Positions 28,211 through 41,607 are shown, counted from the first letter of the whole stretch. The stretch: 63,411 nucleotides of DNA, filler included, from Sluysia triapertura (GCA_046118255.1; 5 parts of 5 records of this genome joined end to end with filler, not necessarily neighbours in it), one strand, 5' to 3'. The notes: generated from the letters alone by a model not told the origin. Numbers and translations: made by a program.

Positions 28211-29211
28211 ATTTTACTTTATTATAGTCAATTAATCATTATTCCAGTTAGTAGTTTAGACCTTTACCTCATCACCCTTAATTACTTTTTTGTCAACCCT
28301 TTAAATGAAGCAAGCGTATCGAGCTAAGGAGGTTTACAAGCACTATTATATATTTGGAGTCGTTTATTACTATGGAATAAATCAAGGAAATATAAAATAC
28401 AAATTAAATCCTCCCAGAGGGTAATATTACCAATAATACCAAGAAATCGATATAAAATTATATTTAAAGAAAAATACAAAGCATTCTAAAAATAGTAACA
28501 TGAAAACATAACTCAATTCACGCAACAAATAAAATCACAATAGTGTACAACTAATCAATCTGATTGGTTACATATTCAAAGACTGTAATCACTAGAAAAG
28601 TTTAAATCACGTCTCGATTTGTGTTTTAAATACAAACATACATTCATTCATAAACAAAAACATTACATATCAAATGATGACAAAGAAGAACACTAATGAG
28701 AATAATTCAAAAATTTGCTATTTTTTAAATAATACCACCAGTACCGTGCAATAATTACTTGATTTACAATTGGATATTTAGGACTTTCAAAATTTTTATG
28801 TTTCAACCAATCATAACACAATCTTCAATTCTGCTTTACATTTGATATTAAACGAGTGCTAGATGGTGATTCAACTGTAGGATCTTCGAGCTTTTAAGCA
28901 AATAAACAATTAACTATCATCAAATATATTCACGCACAAACTTTATATTCACATTTGGCACTTTTCTCCAACCAAACCCAAATCCTGAAATACAAATTGC
29001 CAATCACAAATGACGACGAACTTGATCACTATTAAATACAAAATTATTAGTTGTCATCGTTCAGATGAATTTTAAAATTGCTATACACATTTACAGTGGT
29101 CCAGTGGTCATGGCACATAATTTCGAACCAAAGGTCAAACGTTCAATAGTCTAATATATAATAAAATCAAAAAAGTTCAATATTTTACAGAAATACAATT
29201 TAATAAATTAA

Positions 29212-30630
29212 TCCATTCGCTGCCAATCCTAAATTGTATGAAGTTATTCGCTTTACTATTTCTGTTTTGAGTGTTATTGTTTATCCAAGTTTTATTATTT
29301 CAAGATGAATACATACATTTTGTCATAAATAATAATCATTTAACGTGTATAAAAATCAAACACGAGTATATTCGTGTAGTTGGCATTGGGACTTGATATC
29401 CTTTTTATTATTTGCACACACGTTTAAGCAAAAAAACAAATCATAAATCACACAAATAGATGAAAGTGTCAAGGGTCAACAAATATAGTAGAAAAAAATA
29501 CAAAGGAAAACCAGGAATTTATAAATAATTCCTTAGTGAAATATTATATCTACATTATACCTTAAATAGTTGAAAAAAATTCCTTTTAATTGTGCTTGTA
29601 GCGTCCTAAATCGCCACAGACTTTTGTGGAAGTTAGTTATAATTATTTTACACAAATCCTATTAAAAGGATTTTTCGAAAAATCGTCTATTAAATAAAAG
29701 GAATTAACTATTATGAAAATTTATTATAACAAAAATATAATAATTTTTTTCAACTATTTAAGGTATAATATAGATATATTTCACTGAGGAATTATTTATA
29801 AATTCCTGGTTTTCCTTTGTATTTTACGAAGTATCTATGAAAAGATCCAAATTAATAAATTTGCGTGGATTTTACAAGATATTATAGTAATATCACCCTT
29901 AACAAGAAATAAACTAACGTTAACTAAAAAGATTCAAAATTTCAATTTGGTCCACTAGAGTATCGAATAGATTTAAACAATAGATTTAAACTTAGAAAAT
30001 TAATTTGCAGTGAGTGACTCTAGTGGACTGACTTTGAAGTTTTAAAATTAACAGAATTTAAAAACAAATTAACAAAATAAAATTAATAATACTTACAGTA
30101 ATTTAAAAATCCAATAAAATCGATAAAAAAATCAGTCAACAATTATGTTCAATTAATTATATTTGACCAATAATTAACAAAGTGTTGTGTTTTTAAAATC
30201 ATAATAATTTGTGTATTTGACAAAATCAATAATTAATGTTACTATATTTGACCAGATTGATGTTACTATATTTGTTGACCTTTGACATAAGTATAAAAAT
30301 ACTAAAAACAAGCTCTTTTCTGTAAATTTGAAAAGGTCGGTTGTTATTCACTGCTGACACGATTACTTAGATTCTATTTCGCGTCAGAGATAACGGTATC
30401 GTGTAATATTGAACAATTTGAGTTTATCTGCAATATCTCTCTCATCAGTAAGCAGTAGAGTTTTGTAGAGTCGGAAGTAGTAGTAGGAAATAAACATAAC
30501 GAATTAATAAAGTAGAATTTTTGTAAAAACAATTTATAGCTCTTTCAAGATTTGTAAGCTCTCCACAAGTTGTACGTCATAACATATATTGAAAGTATCA
30601 CGAGTATATTCATGGTTGGCAGCGAATGGG
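29212..30630. mobile_element. Non-autonomous piggyBac element (1419 bp)
   Basis: TTAA on both sides; TIR TCCATTCGCTGCCAA / TTGGCAGCGAATGGG; subterminal CACGAGTATATTC(G/A)TG repeated at ~29361 and ~30599. Confidence 0.85.
29495..29825. mobile_element. Foldback/MITE with ~85-bp inverted repeats nested in the piggyBac
   Basis: 29495-29581 is the near-perfect reverse complement of 29742-29825. Confidence 0.85.
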
Positions 30631-30844
30631 TTAATTAAATTTTAAGTTATTTCATTAATTAATAAAACAATTCGCGACGCAATTTATAGACAATTTTGAT
30701 TTATAAGATATGAAAATAAGTAAACATCAGAAAAATAAATTCAATCTAAAGGAAAATAATACTAGCCTTACAATTTATTATTTGTACAAACAAGTTCAAT
30801 TTCAAAATGTATGTTTACTAAATGAATAATTTACTATTAAACGA

Positions 30845-31379
30845 ACCACACTTCTACATAACAAACATCAAATTTTTTGAAAAAGGAATTAGCGCTTCAA
30901 GAAAATATAAATTTTGGTTTTAGTATTGAACTTTATTAAAATTTACTTCATATTATTCAACCCTTAAATGAAAGTGCAAAATAAAAAAATAGGAAATGAC
31001 CAAAAAATTCAGGTAATCTAATTCAAAAAGTCAAATGAAGGGTTCTTACACTCTCAAAGAGATCTGGCGAAGAAATTTAACATGCCTATTGGAGTCAAAC
31101 ATAATTCTTAACAATAAAGTGGATATTGTAAATAAAAATGAGTTTAAAGATGCAAAAAGATGATCGAAACTATGATACTACGAAAGGATACTTTTAAAGC
31201 TTCAAATGAATGTTTCAAAAGCAGACCTAATATCAGCTGAAAGTTACTTCAGGAACAAAAAGCCTGCTGGATCAAACAGTAGAAAATTTCATATTTTTGT
31301 TTTATGAATAAATGTTTATTAGATTTTTTATCACTGTTTGAACGAACAAGTTCGTGCTCGTTATGTAGAGGTCGTACTG
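30845..31379 (+). mobile_element. Tigger/pogo remnant
   Basis: Right end ...TATGTAGAGGTCGTACTG|TA is Tigger-type TIR with TA; degenerate left match near 30850; HSQRDLAKKFNM resembles an HTH_psq domain. Confidence 0.45.
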
Positions 31380-31633
31380 TATTATTTTTGAAGGATTTTT
31401 CAAGAAAAATATTTCTCCTTGTCCTAACATGAAAAGTAATGACAAGGCTTTAATTGTCAATCTTTAAGATATAATTTGCTTCCATCTGCAACTACTTTTT
31501 CTATAAGATCGAATAATAAGACAATTAAATCAGTTTGTACAGATAATAACAGTTCAATAGTTTGAACAATACTTTATATTAATAATAGTGGATTCAATAA
31601 ATTCAACATTTACATTAAAATAATTGTCCTACC

Positions 31634-32967
31634 CTATTCGTCAATACTGACCAATAAAAACAACCGTGTACCCTTCTTGATTCCGATTTGTTGGAAAGAC
31701 GGTGGGTCATGATAATTACCACTTCTCGGTTTTCTAATAAACAGTTCCTGATCTGGCTCTTCCATATATTTGGGTACACAATTTAAAAACTCAACTTGCG
31801 ATGCACCATTATTATTGCAACGATATTGGATAGAAAAAGAACCAGTAGTAATTGATGAAAATGAATTATTTTCAAATATGATTGGATGATTGGTAAGAGA
31901 GACAAGCCAATAGAAAATAAGTTTCAACGAATCTGTTTCCAGAAAGCTGGCAGTTTCCAATTGATTTGAAACTGGTAATTTTATTTTAACAAAGACACAA
32001 GAATTGTTTAGGTGAGAAAAAGTAGAGAAAAATAAAGACGAATCCACTCGTCTCCACGACGAAATTATTTCATTGTTAGGGGAAACCAAAGGATCTATGC
32101 ACGGAATCGAATTTGGAATGTGTTGTATTTGATCGCTGAACCAATAGAAACATTAATCAATAAACTCAAAGGCATTTTCAACTATATAACAGAATTTTTC
32201 TTAAATTATCTTAAATAATTTCTTACTTCTCCATGATTAAGCGAGACAATAAAAAATGAAATTAATTTACAATAAATCCCACTTCTCTTTTAAAATATTA
32301 TATTGAAAACTTACTGAACTTGATGAATTCTGTTATTATAACTGTACTCCACGGTGCATGAATTTATAAAAGAACGCAATTCATCTGCACTCATAAAACC
32401 TTCATAACGTCTCATTAAATACATCCGTCCATTCCGTGATTTTGAAATAAATCCAATAAAAGGATACGAGTGTTCTTGAAATAATTTCGATATTTTAAAC
32501 CCTTCAGCACTATTTATATTAACAGTCCTAAATTTCAATGTTAAAACTTTATTACAATTTATTACTAACCAAAATATCAAATCATCTTTTAAATTTGAAA
32601 AATATTGTACAATATCCGGAGAGCATAGAACATTTCTACAAAATTCTTCACTATCTTCATGATCATCACCATGCAAATAAACAACCAAATCACAAAGCCT
32701 ATCTTGAGCTTCTGAAATTGTGCTCAAGTAACTCAGTTCACTAAATTCGGGGTGACAATAACCAAATTTAAGATTAAAGTAATCTATAAATGATAAAACA
32801 TCGAAATTATCTGTATCCATAATATCATCTGAAATAGGTTGAAATACGAAATCTAAGAAAAAATTAAACTTAAAAAATATTTGTTAACTTGATATAGTAA
32901 ATATAATTTTAAATAAGTGATTCAAAATATCAATAAATAATACATAAAGAGTACTTAAAATAAACAT
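31634..32967 (-). CDS. FAF2: FAS-associated factor 2 / UBXD8-like (hydrophobic hairpin - UAS - UBX), 4 exons
   Basis: UAS motif GYCHPEF...LVVYLHGDDHEDSEEFCRNVLC...FW...SAEGFKIS...SYPFIG; C-terminal UBX-like fold; introns ~32852-32888, 32528-32569 (42 nt) and 32136-32314 keep frame. Confidence 0.85.
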
Positions 32968-33294
32968 TGAACAGTATACGTTTCACCATTGACTAATTAA
33001 TAATTTAGTACAAAATTAAAACTAGAAAGAACTTATGTTGACAAAAATAACACTTAAATTTGTAAAAATTAAATATTATATATTAAATTTAATAGAATAA
33101 TATATTCGTACGTTAAAATTATCGAACAGTATATATATTATTTATAAAGCAAGAAAAATAAAATGTTCTGATAATTATTTAAACAAAAAATAATTTTATT
33201 TAATTATACATATTTTCAATACATATCATTCAGTTTTATTTACTTAGGTATAGCAACTTAATTTAAAAATTAAACATATATTTTTAAAAATTAT

Positions 33295-34207
33295 ATGGTA
33301 AAAATACATTCAAAATAGCACATATAATAGGCACAATTCCTTTCATTGGCTAATGAAATTCTTCAGTATCGACTATAATTTATTGATTTATGTACATAAT
33401 TTCTATTTTGATTTAAATTATGTTAAAGTAAGTCATTATTTGCCATGAAACTACTTTAAATTTTAATTATAATTTATTTATATTAATAATATTGAAGTTC
33501 TACTTACCCACAAAATTTAAAATATTTTAAGATTACCAGTATCAGGAATTCGACACAATCGTGCTAGTTTAATTAGAAGTCATTTTATAACGGAACAACA
33601 TGATCAGTGTAAAAATCGTGAAAATCAGATACATCAATTAAATCAAATAATTCAACAATTAAGAGAAAACATAAAAGAAGTCCAAAATAATATAATAAAA
33701 TTGGATAGTAAACTTAATAGGTTATTATCAGAGGTTGGTATAAAACTTTCATGTATGCAATCAAATCACGAAAGAGAATTAGCAAATGAAAGATTATTAT
33801 TAACGACGTTGGAAAAGGAGTCCCAGTTGTCAATAAGCCAGTTACACAAATTAAAAATGCGTAAACAGAGATTAATTTTAGATATCGAAGAATTAGATGT
33901 TAGAATTCGATTTTATTAAAAACAAACTTAAACTATTTAGCGTCAATATTTTATATTAAATGAAGAACAAGAACGAAATAATTATTACGTATTTAAAAAA
34001 GGACAGATGGCAAAATTCGTGGAAGAATGTGAAACTGGTGATGAAACAGAAAAAGTATATTTGTTGCACTATTTTATAATTTAGGTCGTACTTCCGGAAT
34101 TGATAAATAAGCTTGAACATGCCGAACAACAATTGACAAAGTGGCAACAATTTCAACCTGCGATTAATCCACCACAAAATGACATCAACCCTTTCATTAT
34201 GGCGTAA
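33295..34207 (+). CDS. Multi-exon coiled-coil protein
   Basis: Exons 33532-33898, 33941-34054 and 34085-34207 join in frame through 42-nt and 30-nt GT-AG introns; heptad-rich; the 5' exons from 33295 are tentative. Confidence 0.65.
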
Positions 34208-34399
34208 GTTTAATCGAAATAAATTGACCATGTATTCATTCAGGCATATTAGAGACTGTCTCTACCAACTAATAATCAACAGTAACGGCAACGGCAGCAA
34301 TTTCTTGAAATCTCCGATTTGTGAATCAACCTTGAACCATTTAAAAAGTTTATACAACATTAATTTGGATGAATAATAAATTTTCGTGTCTTAAATTAT

Positions 34400-34830
34400 C
34401 GTTTATACATTATTTGGTAAACAAAATGATAAAATTATATAAAATGACGTTTTACAATTTTTTGTATCGAAATTGGAAAATATACGAAATAGCATTAATA
34501 AAACAAATATTAAATTAAAAATGCAAAACATGAAGAAGAATAGAAATAAATTTGAATTTAAGACAATTAATGACGATGATTTGATAAAGATTATTCACAA
34601 AATAAATAATTATTCAAGCAGCAAGAATAATATTCGCCGAGTGGGAAAGAAGATCTCATGTAACACACCTTATCTTAAGGAATTACATTGGTTGCCAATA
34701 AAAGCAAGAATAGAATTCAAAATCATGACAATAATTTACAAATGCTTACATTACGGAAGTCCTGAATACAAAATTGGAAACCAAGATGTATATACTTCAT
34801 TGAGACAATAATAATCTATACAGAATGCAC
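34400..34830 (+). mobile_element. Internally deleted L2/CR1-clade LINE ORF2 remnant
   Basis: FFVSKLENIR...FEFKTINDDDLIKII joined to TPYLKELHWLPIKARIEFKIMTIIYKCLHYGSPEY, the typical L2/Crack C-terminus. Confidence 0.8.
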
Positions 34831-37278
34831 GGTCATAACAAGCTAGGTGATAAGTTGATCCACAAAACGTCAGAATTCATAAATTTTAGTTGAAATGAAA
34901 ATTAGAACAAAGACAATATCATATTAGATGTAGACCTTGTCAGAGTCAGTAACTAAGTTCAATGAATACTTCACCGATGAGATAACTATAAACCCTTGAT
35001 ATAGTAAATCCTATAGGTACGTCTCTCATTAATTATGATCAAACAATATCAATTTAATTAACTTTAATAAAATCTCAATAATTCGAGTACTCCCTATATT
35101 AAGTATAAATTATCAGTAATGATAAATTAATTTTATAATGATAATTATTCACCCCCAAAATTAAGTTTTTGAAAATCAAATTAATAACAACACAATGATT
35201 CACTGATTAAACAAAAATCTAATACAAATTATTATTATTAAAAATATCCAGTAAGCAATACTAAAAATGACTAAGAATAACATTTATAACAGTATCAAGG
35301 ATATAACAATATATATGCAACAACATTAAAAATGTCAATATGCAGAAAGTTTAAATAATGATGTTTACATATTTTTAAAAATTAATTGGACTGAGTGTCT
35401 CCCACAAAATTATCTTACAATTAGCTAAAAATCAAATTATTAACTTAAAATACTTTTAAAATATATTTGGCAGAAATCCTCCCAAAAATCATATTTATCA
35501 ATATCTAGAAAAGTTACAATTAAAATTATATATATAAATGTTTCAAATCAAGAATGATAACTTGAAAAATCAAATTTATTTATTAATAACTTTAAAACTA
35601 TTATGGTTTCTTATTATTACAAAATTAGTCTTATTAAGTAAAATAAAATTTTCCCTTAAAAAACTAATTATTTATTTTATTTTATTCTTCTTAAAATAAT
35701 AAAATAAAAATAAAGACTATTACCATATGCATGGATCTTCTTTTTGAATATCATATGAATGGATTGTAAAATTTAAAAAATTTTTATTTTATACTTTCTC
35801 ATCATCCAATCAATCCCCAGTCACTCAATCAAACACTCTCTCACATAAATAATCAAAACTTATTTGAGAATTAAGCTGATAATAAAAAAATTTGATAATT
35901 AAGTGGTGCAGTGTGTCAAACTTCAGTAAGTACAAAACATAAAAATTTGATTTAATATCAACCATCATTTCCTTTTACTCTATCAATCTATTTTTAGTTA
36001 AATTACTTCTGACATTAAAATAACAATCAATAATATTAATGAATAATGAATTTAATTTCACTTTTTAGGATTTAATTTGTTTTAGATTTTTCACACCAAA
36101 TTTTTTTAATGAAAAATGTTTTAAGTTCTTATTCTCAAGCAAATCATTTCGAACTCACTTATAGATTCTCCTCTTTCAGAGCAGTCATCTCATATCCCAC
36201 TCATTATATTTGCATCACTCTAAATATAAAAAAATTTAACATTACACAATTAAAAATTAATTAAAATTTGAGTTTTCTCAATATTAAGGCTTTCCTTGCA
36301 TGAACTCAGTCAAACCATATCTTCATCGAAATGTCTTTTCAAAACAAATACATGCACAAATACATAGCATTCCTCATTCAAAAGTTATTCACAAAAACGT
36401 ATTTTTTCTTAATTAATTAATCTATTTTTAGACATAATCATATTTTATGTTCAAAGATTTTATTAAGATTCTAAAGTTATTTAGTAGTTAATAGGGCATC
36501 CATGAAGTTCTTAATACCAATAACAATGATTTTATTTCTCAAATATTTTAAAGATTTTAAACACTTTATAAGATTATTCGAAGATCTTGGATGCTTATCA
36601 AGCTTTCAAGAATACTTAAATGTTCTAAAGATTCTGAAGTTCAAAGGTACTTTAATACCTTCAAAGGTTTTCCAAGTCCTTTAGAAGCTTCCATAAGGTT
36701 TCGACACCTTATATATGCGTTTGGAATGGCAAGATATTCTTTAGTTGTTAACATTATTATAAATATTTTGTTCAAGTTTTTCTTAATTTAATAACTTAAC
36801 AATTATGATTTTTATAATCTTATTGGTTTCGCCAATAATTTAAGGTTTATTTCCAACGGAAGACTTAATTATTGGTTTAATTAATGGTTAGTGAATGTTG
36901 CTACGAAAGAATATTCTTATACTTTGTATCGAGGGTCCTTTATTAAATTGTGAAGTTGTTAATATAACTTTCTTGACAATAAACTTTTTCCTATTTAGTA
37001 ATGAATTCCTTTTCCTTTCAAATAATAAACAAAAAACTAGTACTTGTTGTACTCTATGAATTTTTTATTACTATCAAATAGAAATGTTTTACAAAAGTTA
37101 CTCAATATATAAGATAAGCAAATATAAATACAAGAAGTTTAATAATATAAATAATAAATTGAATAATAATTAAGATTGCTCTTAATATTTTCTCAGCAGA
37201 GTTTAAAGTGATTTTGACCCAGAGTTAATCTTTGGGCTTGTGAAAAATTGTAAGATTTTGCGTATATTTTAATATAGT

Positions 37279-37378
37279 NNNNNNNNNNNNNNNNNNNNNN
37301 NNNNNNNNNNNNNNNNNNNNNNTTAATTAATTAANNNNNNNNNNNNNNNNNNNNNNNNNNNNNNNNNNNNNNNNNNNN
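37279..37378. other. Artificial contig-joining spacer
   Basis: Same N44-TTAATTAATTAA-N44 structure. Confidence 0.97.
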
Positions 37379-37766
37379 TTAAATGTTGTTTTATGAGGTT
37401 TGTGATGTTGTGATTCTGAATTAAAAGGTATGACTGTTAGGAAAATTGTGTTTTGTTGAACTTTAATTTGTAAATGTGAGATTTGAAATTTTAATTGGGT
37501 TTAAGTTATAAATGTTGACCACTACACCGGAAGACAAACTCAATAATACCCTAAATATCATCGTGACACTAATGTAAATTGAGTAATAATACAAGTCTGT
37601 TTTAAAAACAAGAATCGCATCATTATTCATCCGAATGAGTTCACTTAACAAATACACTTTAAGCTGCATTCAAAAAAGATTATGCTTCAAATAAAAAGAT
37701 CCGGTTTCAAATAAAGTACTTCTACTTTATCTTTATGATGTGCTCTTTTCAATCACCTCCGAACCG

Positions 37767-37816
<50 letters not shown>
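37767..37816. repeat. (ATT)n microsatellite
   Basis: Perfect run; creates a spurious poly-Asn ORF. Confidence 0.95.
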
Positions 37817-37817
<1 letters not shown>

Positions 37818-37985
37818 ACATAAAGTAGCGGGTATGTAACTAGAAACTTTGAATTCTACAAATTTAAAATGGGTCTGGATTAACGAATCCCGCTCTTTAT
37901 GTTCAATAATGGAATACAATGAAAAATGTAACGTTGAATTAACAAAGTAATAATACATTAATAATTTTCTATCAATTTAAATTAA

Positions 37986-39306
37986 GAATTTTTCCAAAAC
38001 ATGCCTCTGGTTTTGATGGAATTGATGATTCATGGTGATTTGACGAAATATTTGCGTGAGAAGTGTGAAGAATGGAATGTGGACGAAAATCAGTGCCATT
38101 TGTGGGCTCTTCAGATTGCAGATGGAATGTTGTACTTGGCTGATAATAAATTTGTTCATTGGTAAGTTCACTTTTTGTTGAAGTACATTGATTTCCTGGT
38201 ATTTTCGTTTTTCTGACTTATTGAAGATCCATCTATCTAAAACAAATGACAAAATAAGAAGTGGAATAACAATAACGCATTTTCGTGAAGTTCCATTTTA
38301 TTTACTTGTTGATACTATTTATGATGGTAAATATTGCCATGGAAAAAGTTGTCTCACAAAGACCTTGGTTGCTTCGTATAACATTTTATTTGGAAAAAAA
38401 GTTAATACGTTTTCTCGAAAGAATATTCGATGTGAAGATTGTACATATTAGATGAAATTAAATTACGTTGTTACTTTATTTTATTTGTATTTTTTTTAAA
38501 ATAATACTAAATGAAGATGTTTTACTTTGTATCTTTTCTTTCGTGCTACAAATAATAACAATTTATATATTAAGCATGACCTTAAAGGACATTTTAGTGC
38601 AAAAGACTATATCTTTAACTGAATTAGGACCTTATGTAGTTAGTGTGTTTAATAAAGCAGAATATTCGAATCGAAAAGACATTTAATAGAAAATTACTTT
38701 AACATATCTAGATGAAAAAATAACTTTGTTTCAATAAGTTGAGCCACTTTTCTTTTACAGCAGCAGCTTTTAGTTGTAAAAAATCGAAATCCAAAATAGA
38801 AAATACTATTGTTAAAAGAAGAATTATACTAGGATGGCCATAATAAAGAAGGTGGGATAGTCATCCTGTTGAAATTTCCAAGAACAGAAAAATCATAACT
38901 AGAAATTAATTGATATAATATGCTTGATAATGATAATGAATGAAATGCATTGTCGACAACTTTGTTTAATGCTTGCCTTTTATTTGTCAACTCGAAGACC
39001 TGATTGTCTTAGTGTACTTTCAATTGAAAAATAAGTACCGTTCTTAATATTTCAATTACAGGGTTATTCGCCATTCGGATTGGTTTATATTTGATTACAA
39101 TAACATATTGATTTGTTCAGTGATCTAGCTACTAGAAATTGTTTCGTCAATGAACGATTGGTCGTTAAAATCGGGGATTTTGGAATGGCCAGGGATATTT
39201 ATTACGATTGTTACTATCGAAAAAGAGGTCGGGCACGAATTCCTATTCGTTGGACTGCTCCTGAAGTTTTGAAATCGCTGTGTTTTACAACAGAATCGGA
39301 TGTATG
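37986..39306 (+). CDS. Insulin-receptor-family tyrosine kinase, two exons (~37986-38161 and 39121-39306); partial or pseudogene
   Basis: [18 protein letters not shown]...[18 protein letters not shown]|CDLATRNC...[20 protein letters not shown]...IPIRWTAPE...FTTESDVW; intron 38162-39120 GT..AG. Confidence 0.8.
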
Positions 39307-39429
39307 GTTTGTTTTTCATTCTGATATATTTGTCAAGGTTAAATCAAAAATAATTAAAATTAAAATGACAATTGAACTCGAGATTTCACAAGTTCCTTGT
39401 TTTGAAGAAACTATTGTATAATATTAGCA

Positions 39430-40020
39430 AATATTCATTTTCGTTAAGCCGGAATTTATTTGTATTATAAATGACTTTTCTTTCACTTAGGAAATTAATT
39501 CGTTCTAAAGTCGTTTCGAAACGTGAAAATTTCTTAAGTAAAGCCTCTTTTTCCTTTCAAATAACCTAATCGGTTCCAAACCCTCAAAATTCAAACATAA
39601 TTCTTTTATAAATTATAAAGATGCAACAAAGCCTGTAATAAATACATGTTAGAATTAGATTACTGCACAATAAGCATAAAAATGAGAGTTATACATAATT
39701 TAAATAAAGAGCACAGAATTATGAATTAAAATTTTATTCTATAAAAATTTTAACAATTAAACTCATGTTTTAAGTGCTGTTGTCATTATCTTTCGCTTTG
39801 GTCGACTCAGATTCACTATCAACAGTGGCTTCTGTCTGATGTCTTTAACAATCTTTCGAAAATGTGCAAATCAAACATCATCATAATGATTTGTTTTAAC
39901 AAATTCCGAAACTTCATGGAATTTTCCTAAAATGTCTTTTATTCGGATTGACGGAATAATGGTTGCCTCCTCGTCCTCATTGAACTTCTCAAACTCCATC
40001 AGCTGCTTCGTCGAAGCAGA
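39430..40020 (-). mobile_element. Tigger (TIGD1-like) transposase C-terminal remnant
   Basis: TKQLMEF...IKDILGKFHEVSEFVKTNH...AHFRKIVK resembles the Tigger C-terminus; Tigger-like subterminal motifs near 39490. Confidence 0.55.
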
Positions 40021-40029
40021 TTAATAAAT

Positions 40030-40457
40030 AAATATAAGTTAAAATAGTAATTTATTTTATAAATTGTGTAATGCGAGTGAAAAATTTGATTGGATTGCAT
40101 GAACAAATTCGTTGAAGATATTCTAAGTCAAACATCAACATTACTATTATTGATTGTGATCGTCGTATTTATTAAGCAAATGGATTCAAAAATGAACATG
40201 TTAAAAAGTGAAAATAGATAAATAAATCAATTAAATAAAATATCAAATATTCGAAAATATTCATTCGATTTTAACAATAGTTTGTTGTACTCAATTTCAT
40301 GTAGAAAAGTGAAAAATTACGATTAATAATTAATCAAGCGGCAAGACTAATTCTCCAAGTGGGATGAAGATCACTCATGTTACACCTTATCTTAAGGAAT
40401 TACATTGGTTGTCAATAAAATCAAGAATATAATTCAAAATCATGACAATAATTTACA
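40030..40457 (+). mobile_element. Second L2/CR1-clade LINE remnant
   Basis: NQAARLI...HVTPYLKELHWL; nucleotide near-identity to ~34665-34740. Confidence 0.8.
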
Positions 40458-40490
40458 TTGCAGAAGTCCTGCATATCTCTTAGGCATAAT

Positions 40491-41010
40491 TGTAGTGACC
40501 AACCCAATATTTTAAAGTTTTATTTCAACAATACACAACAAAATCACTCTTCAGAATATTTCATAATTGTTAATACTTTCAAATATTCTAAACATAAAAT
40601 TCCATATCATCAAAATCACATTCAATATCGAAAATCATCAAAGATATGCTTAAAAAATTAATTCAAAATATTCAACACACTTCACATAAAATCACATTAT
40701 ATATCATTTTATAATATTAATATTAATATTTATTAAAATTACATAATATTAAAATTACATTCACTTTCAGATTAGTAACAGATATTTAAAAATTCATTAA
40801 AACATTTTCCGTATTACATCTTAACCTTTCGAACACACATCTTAAAATCAATCCAAAATATTTCAAGTTTACAATCTTCAACATTCAATCAACACTTCGA
40901 AATCATTTTTAGACATTGCAATCAAATTGTTACTTTTTAACATCTCTAATTACACATTATTTCCTCTAAACATTCTTCTATCAACTCTTTATACAATTTA
41001 CATAGTTTAC
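40491..41010 (+). repeat. TGTAGTGACCAACC-initiated C/A-rich LTR-like repeat
   Basis: First ~200 nt align by eye with 59513 onward (ACAACAAAATCACT..TTCTAAACATAAAAT..ATCAAAGAT..AAAAAATTAATTCA). Confidence 0.65.
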
Positions 41011-41099
41011 TAATCACCGAATAAGGTCTTCTGCAAAAGAATCTGAATAGAATTTTATTTTTAATCATTGTTTAAGGAATTTAAATATGTTAAGATGCA

Positions 41100-41305
41100 T
41101 CCGGTACGAGTGGATACATTTTGTTGTCATAATCAAATGGAATTATTATAAAAGCTTCAATACTAACACTTAACAAAATGATCTGGAAAGAATATCCGGG
41201 GTGCATTATCATTTCGATCCATTATTCCAATACAAATCGAATGTGTGACCGAATTAGGCGGTATTCCCGTATCATTTATCTCCACTTGTAAACAATATCG
41301 AGTCT
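41100..41305 (-). pseudogene. Protocadherin-like extracellular cadherin repeat fragment
   Basis: YCLQVEINDTGIPPNS...IMDRNDNAPRIFFP contains the D.G.PP.S and DxNDNAP motifs; isolated exon ends in a stop. Confidence 0.7.
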
Positions 41306-41539
41306 GAATGTAAATAAAAAATCGTTGAATTAATACGATATATATAACACAATAAATCAATTTAATAATGGGTTTGTCATGGGGTTTCTATTTTCAGTAA
41401 AATTATCTATTACTACGAAATTCTTAATAGGACATATGTATTAGTCCTATTAGTCGCGAAAAAGTTTATTACCATAATTATCCAGACTCCACAGAATGTT
41501 TTGTGAGTGACTATAACTACATTTCAACTTAATTCTTAA

Positions 41540-41607
41540 CCCCTTAACGCGCAGAAACGTATTAACACGGGCGTGGTCGGTTTTTTTTAAAATTGTGCAT
41601 TAAAGGG
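41540..41607. mobile_element. 68-bp piggyBac-type micro-element
   Basis: TTAA|CCCCTTAACGCGCA...TGTGCATTAAAGGG|TTAA. Confidence 0.75.

Noticed and set aside
37749-37958. Poly-Asn ORF
   Set aside because: Produced by the (ATT)n microsatellite
37977-38252. Minus-strand 91-aa ORF (also 39125-39319, 32538-32744, 33956-34231, 46145-46426, 54147-54359, 61317-61502)
   Set aside because: Antisense shadows of recognisable coding sequence on the other strand
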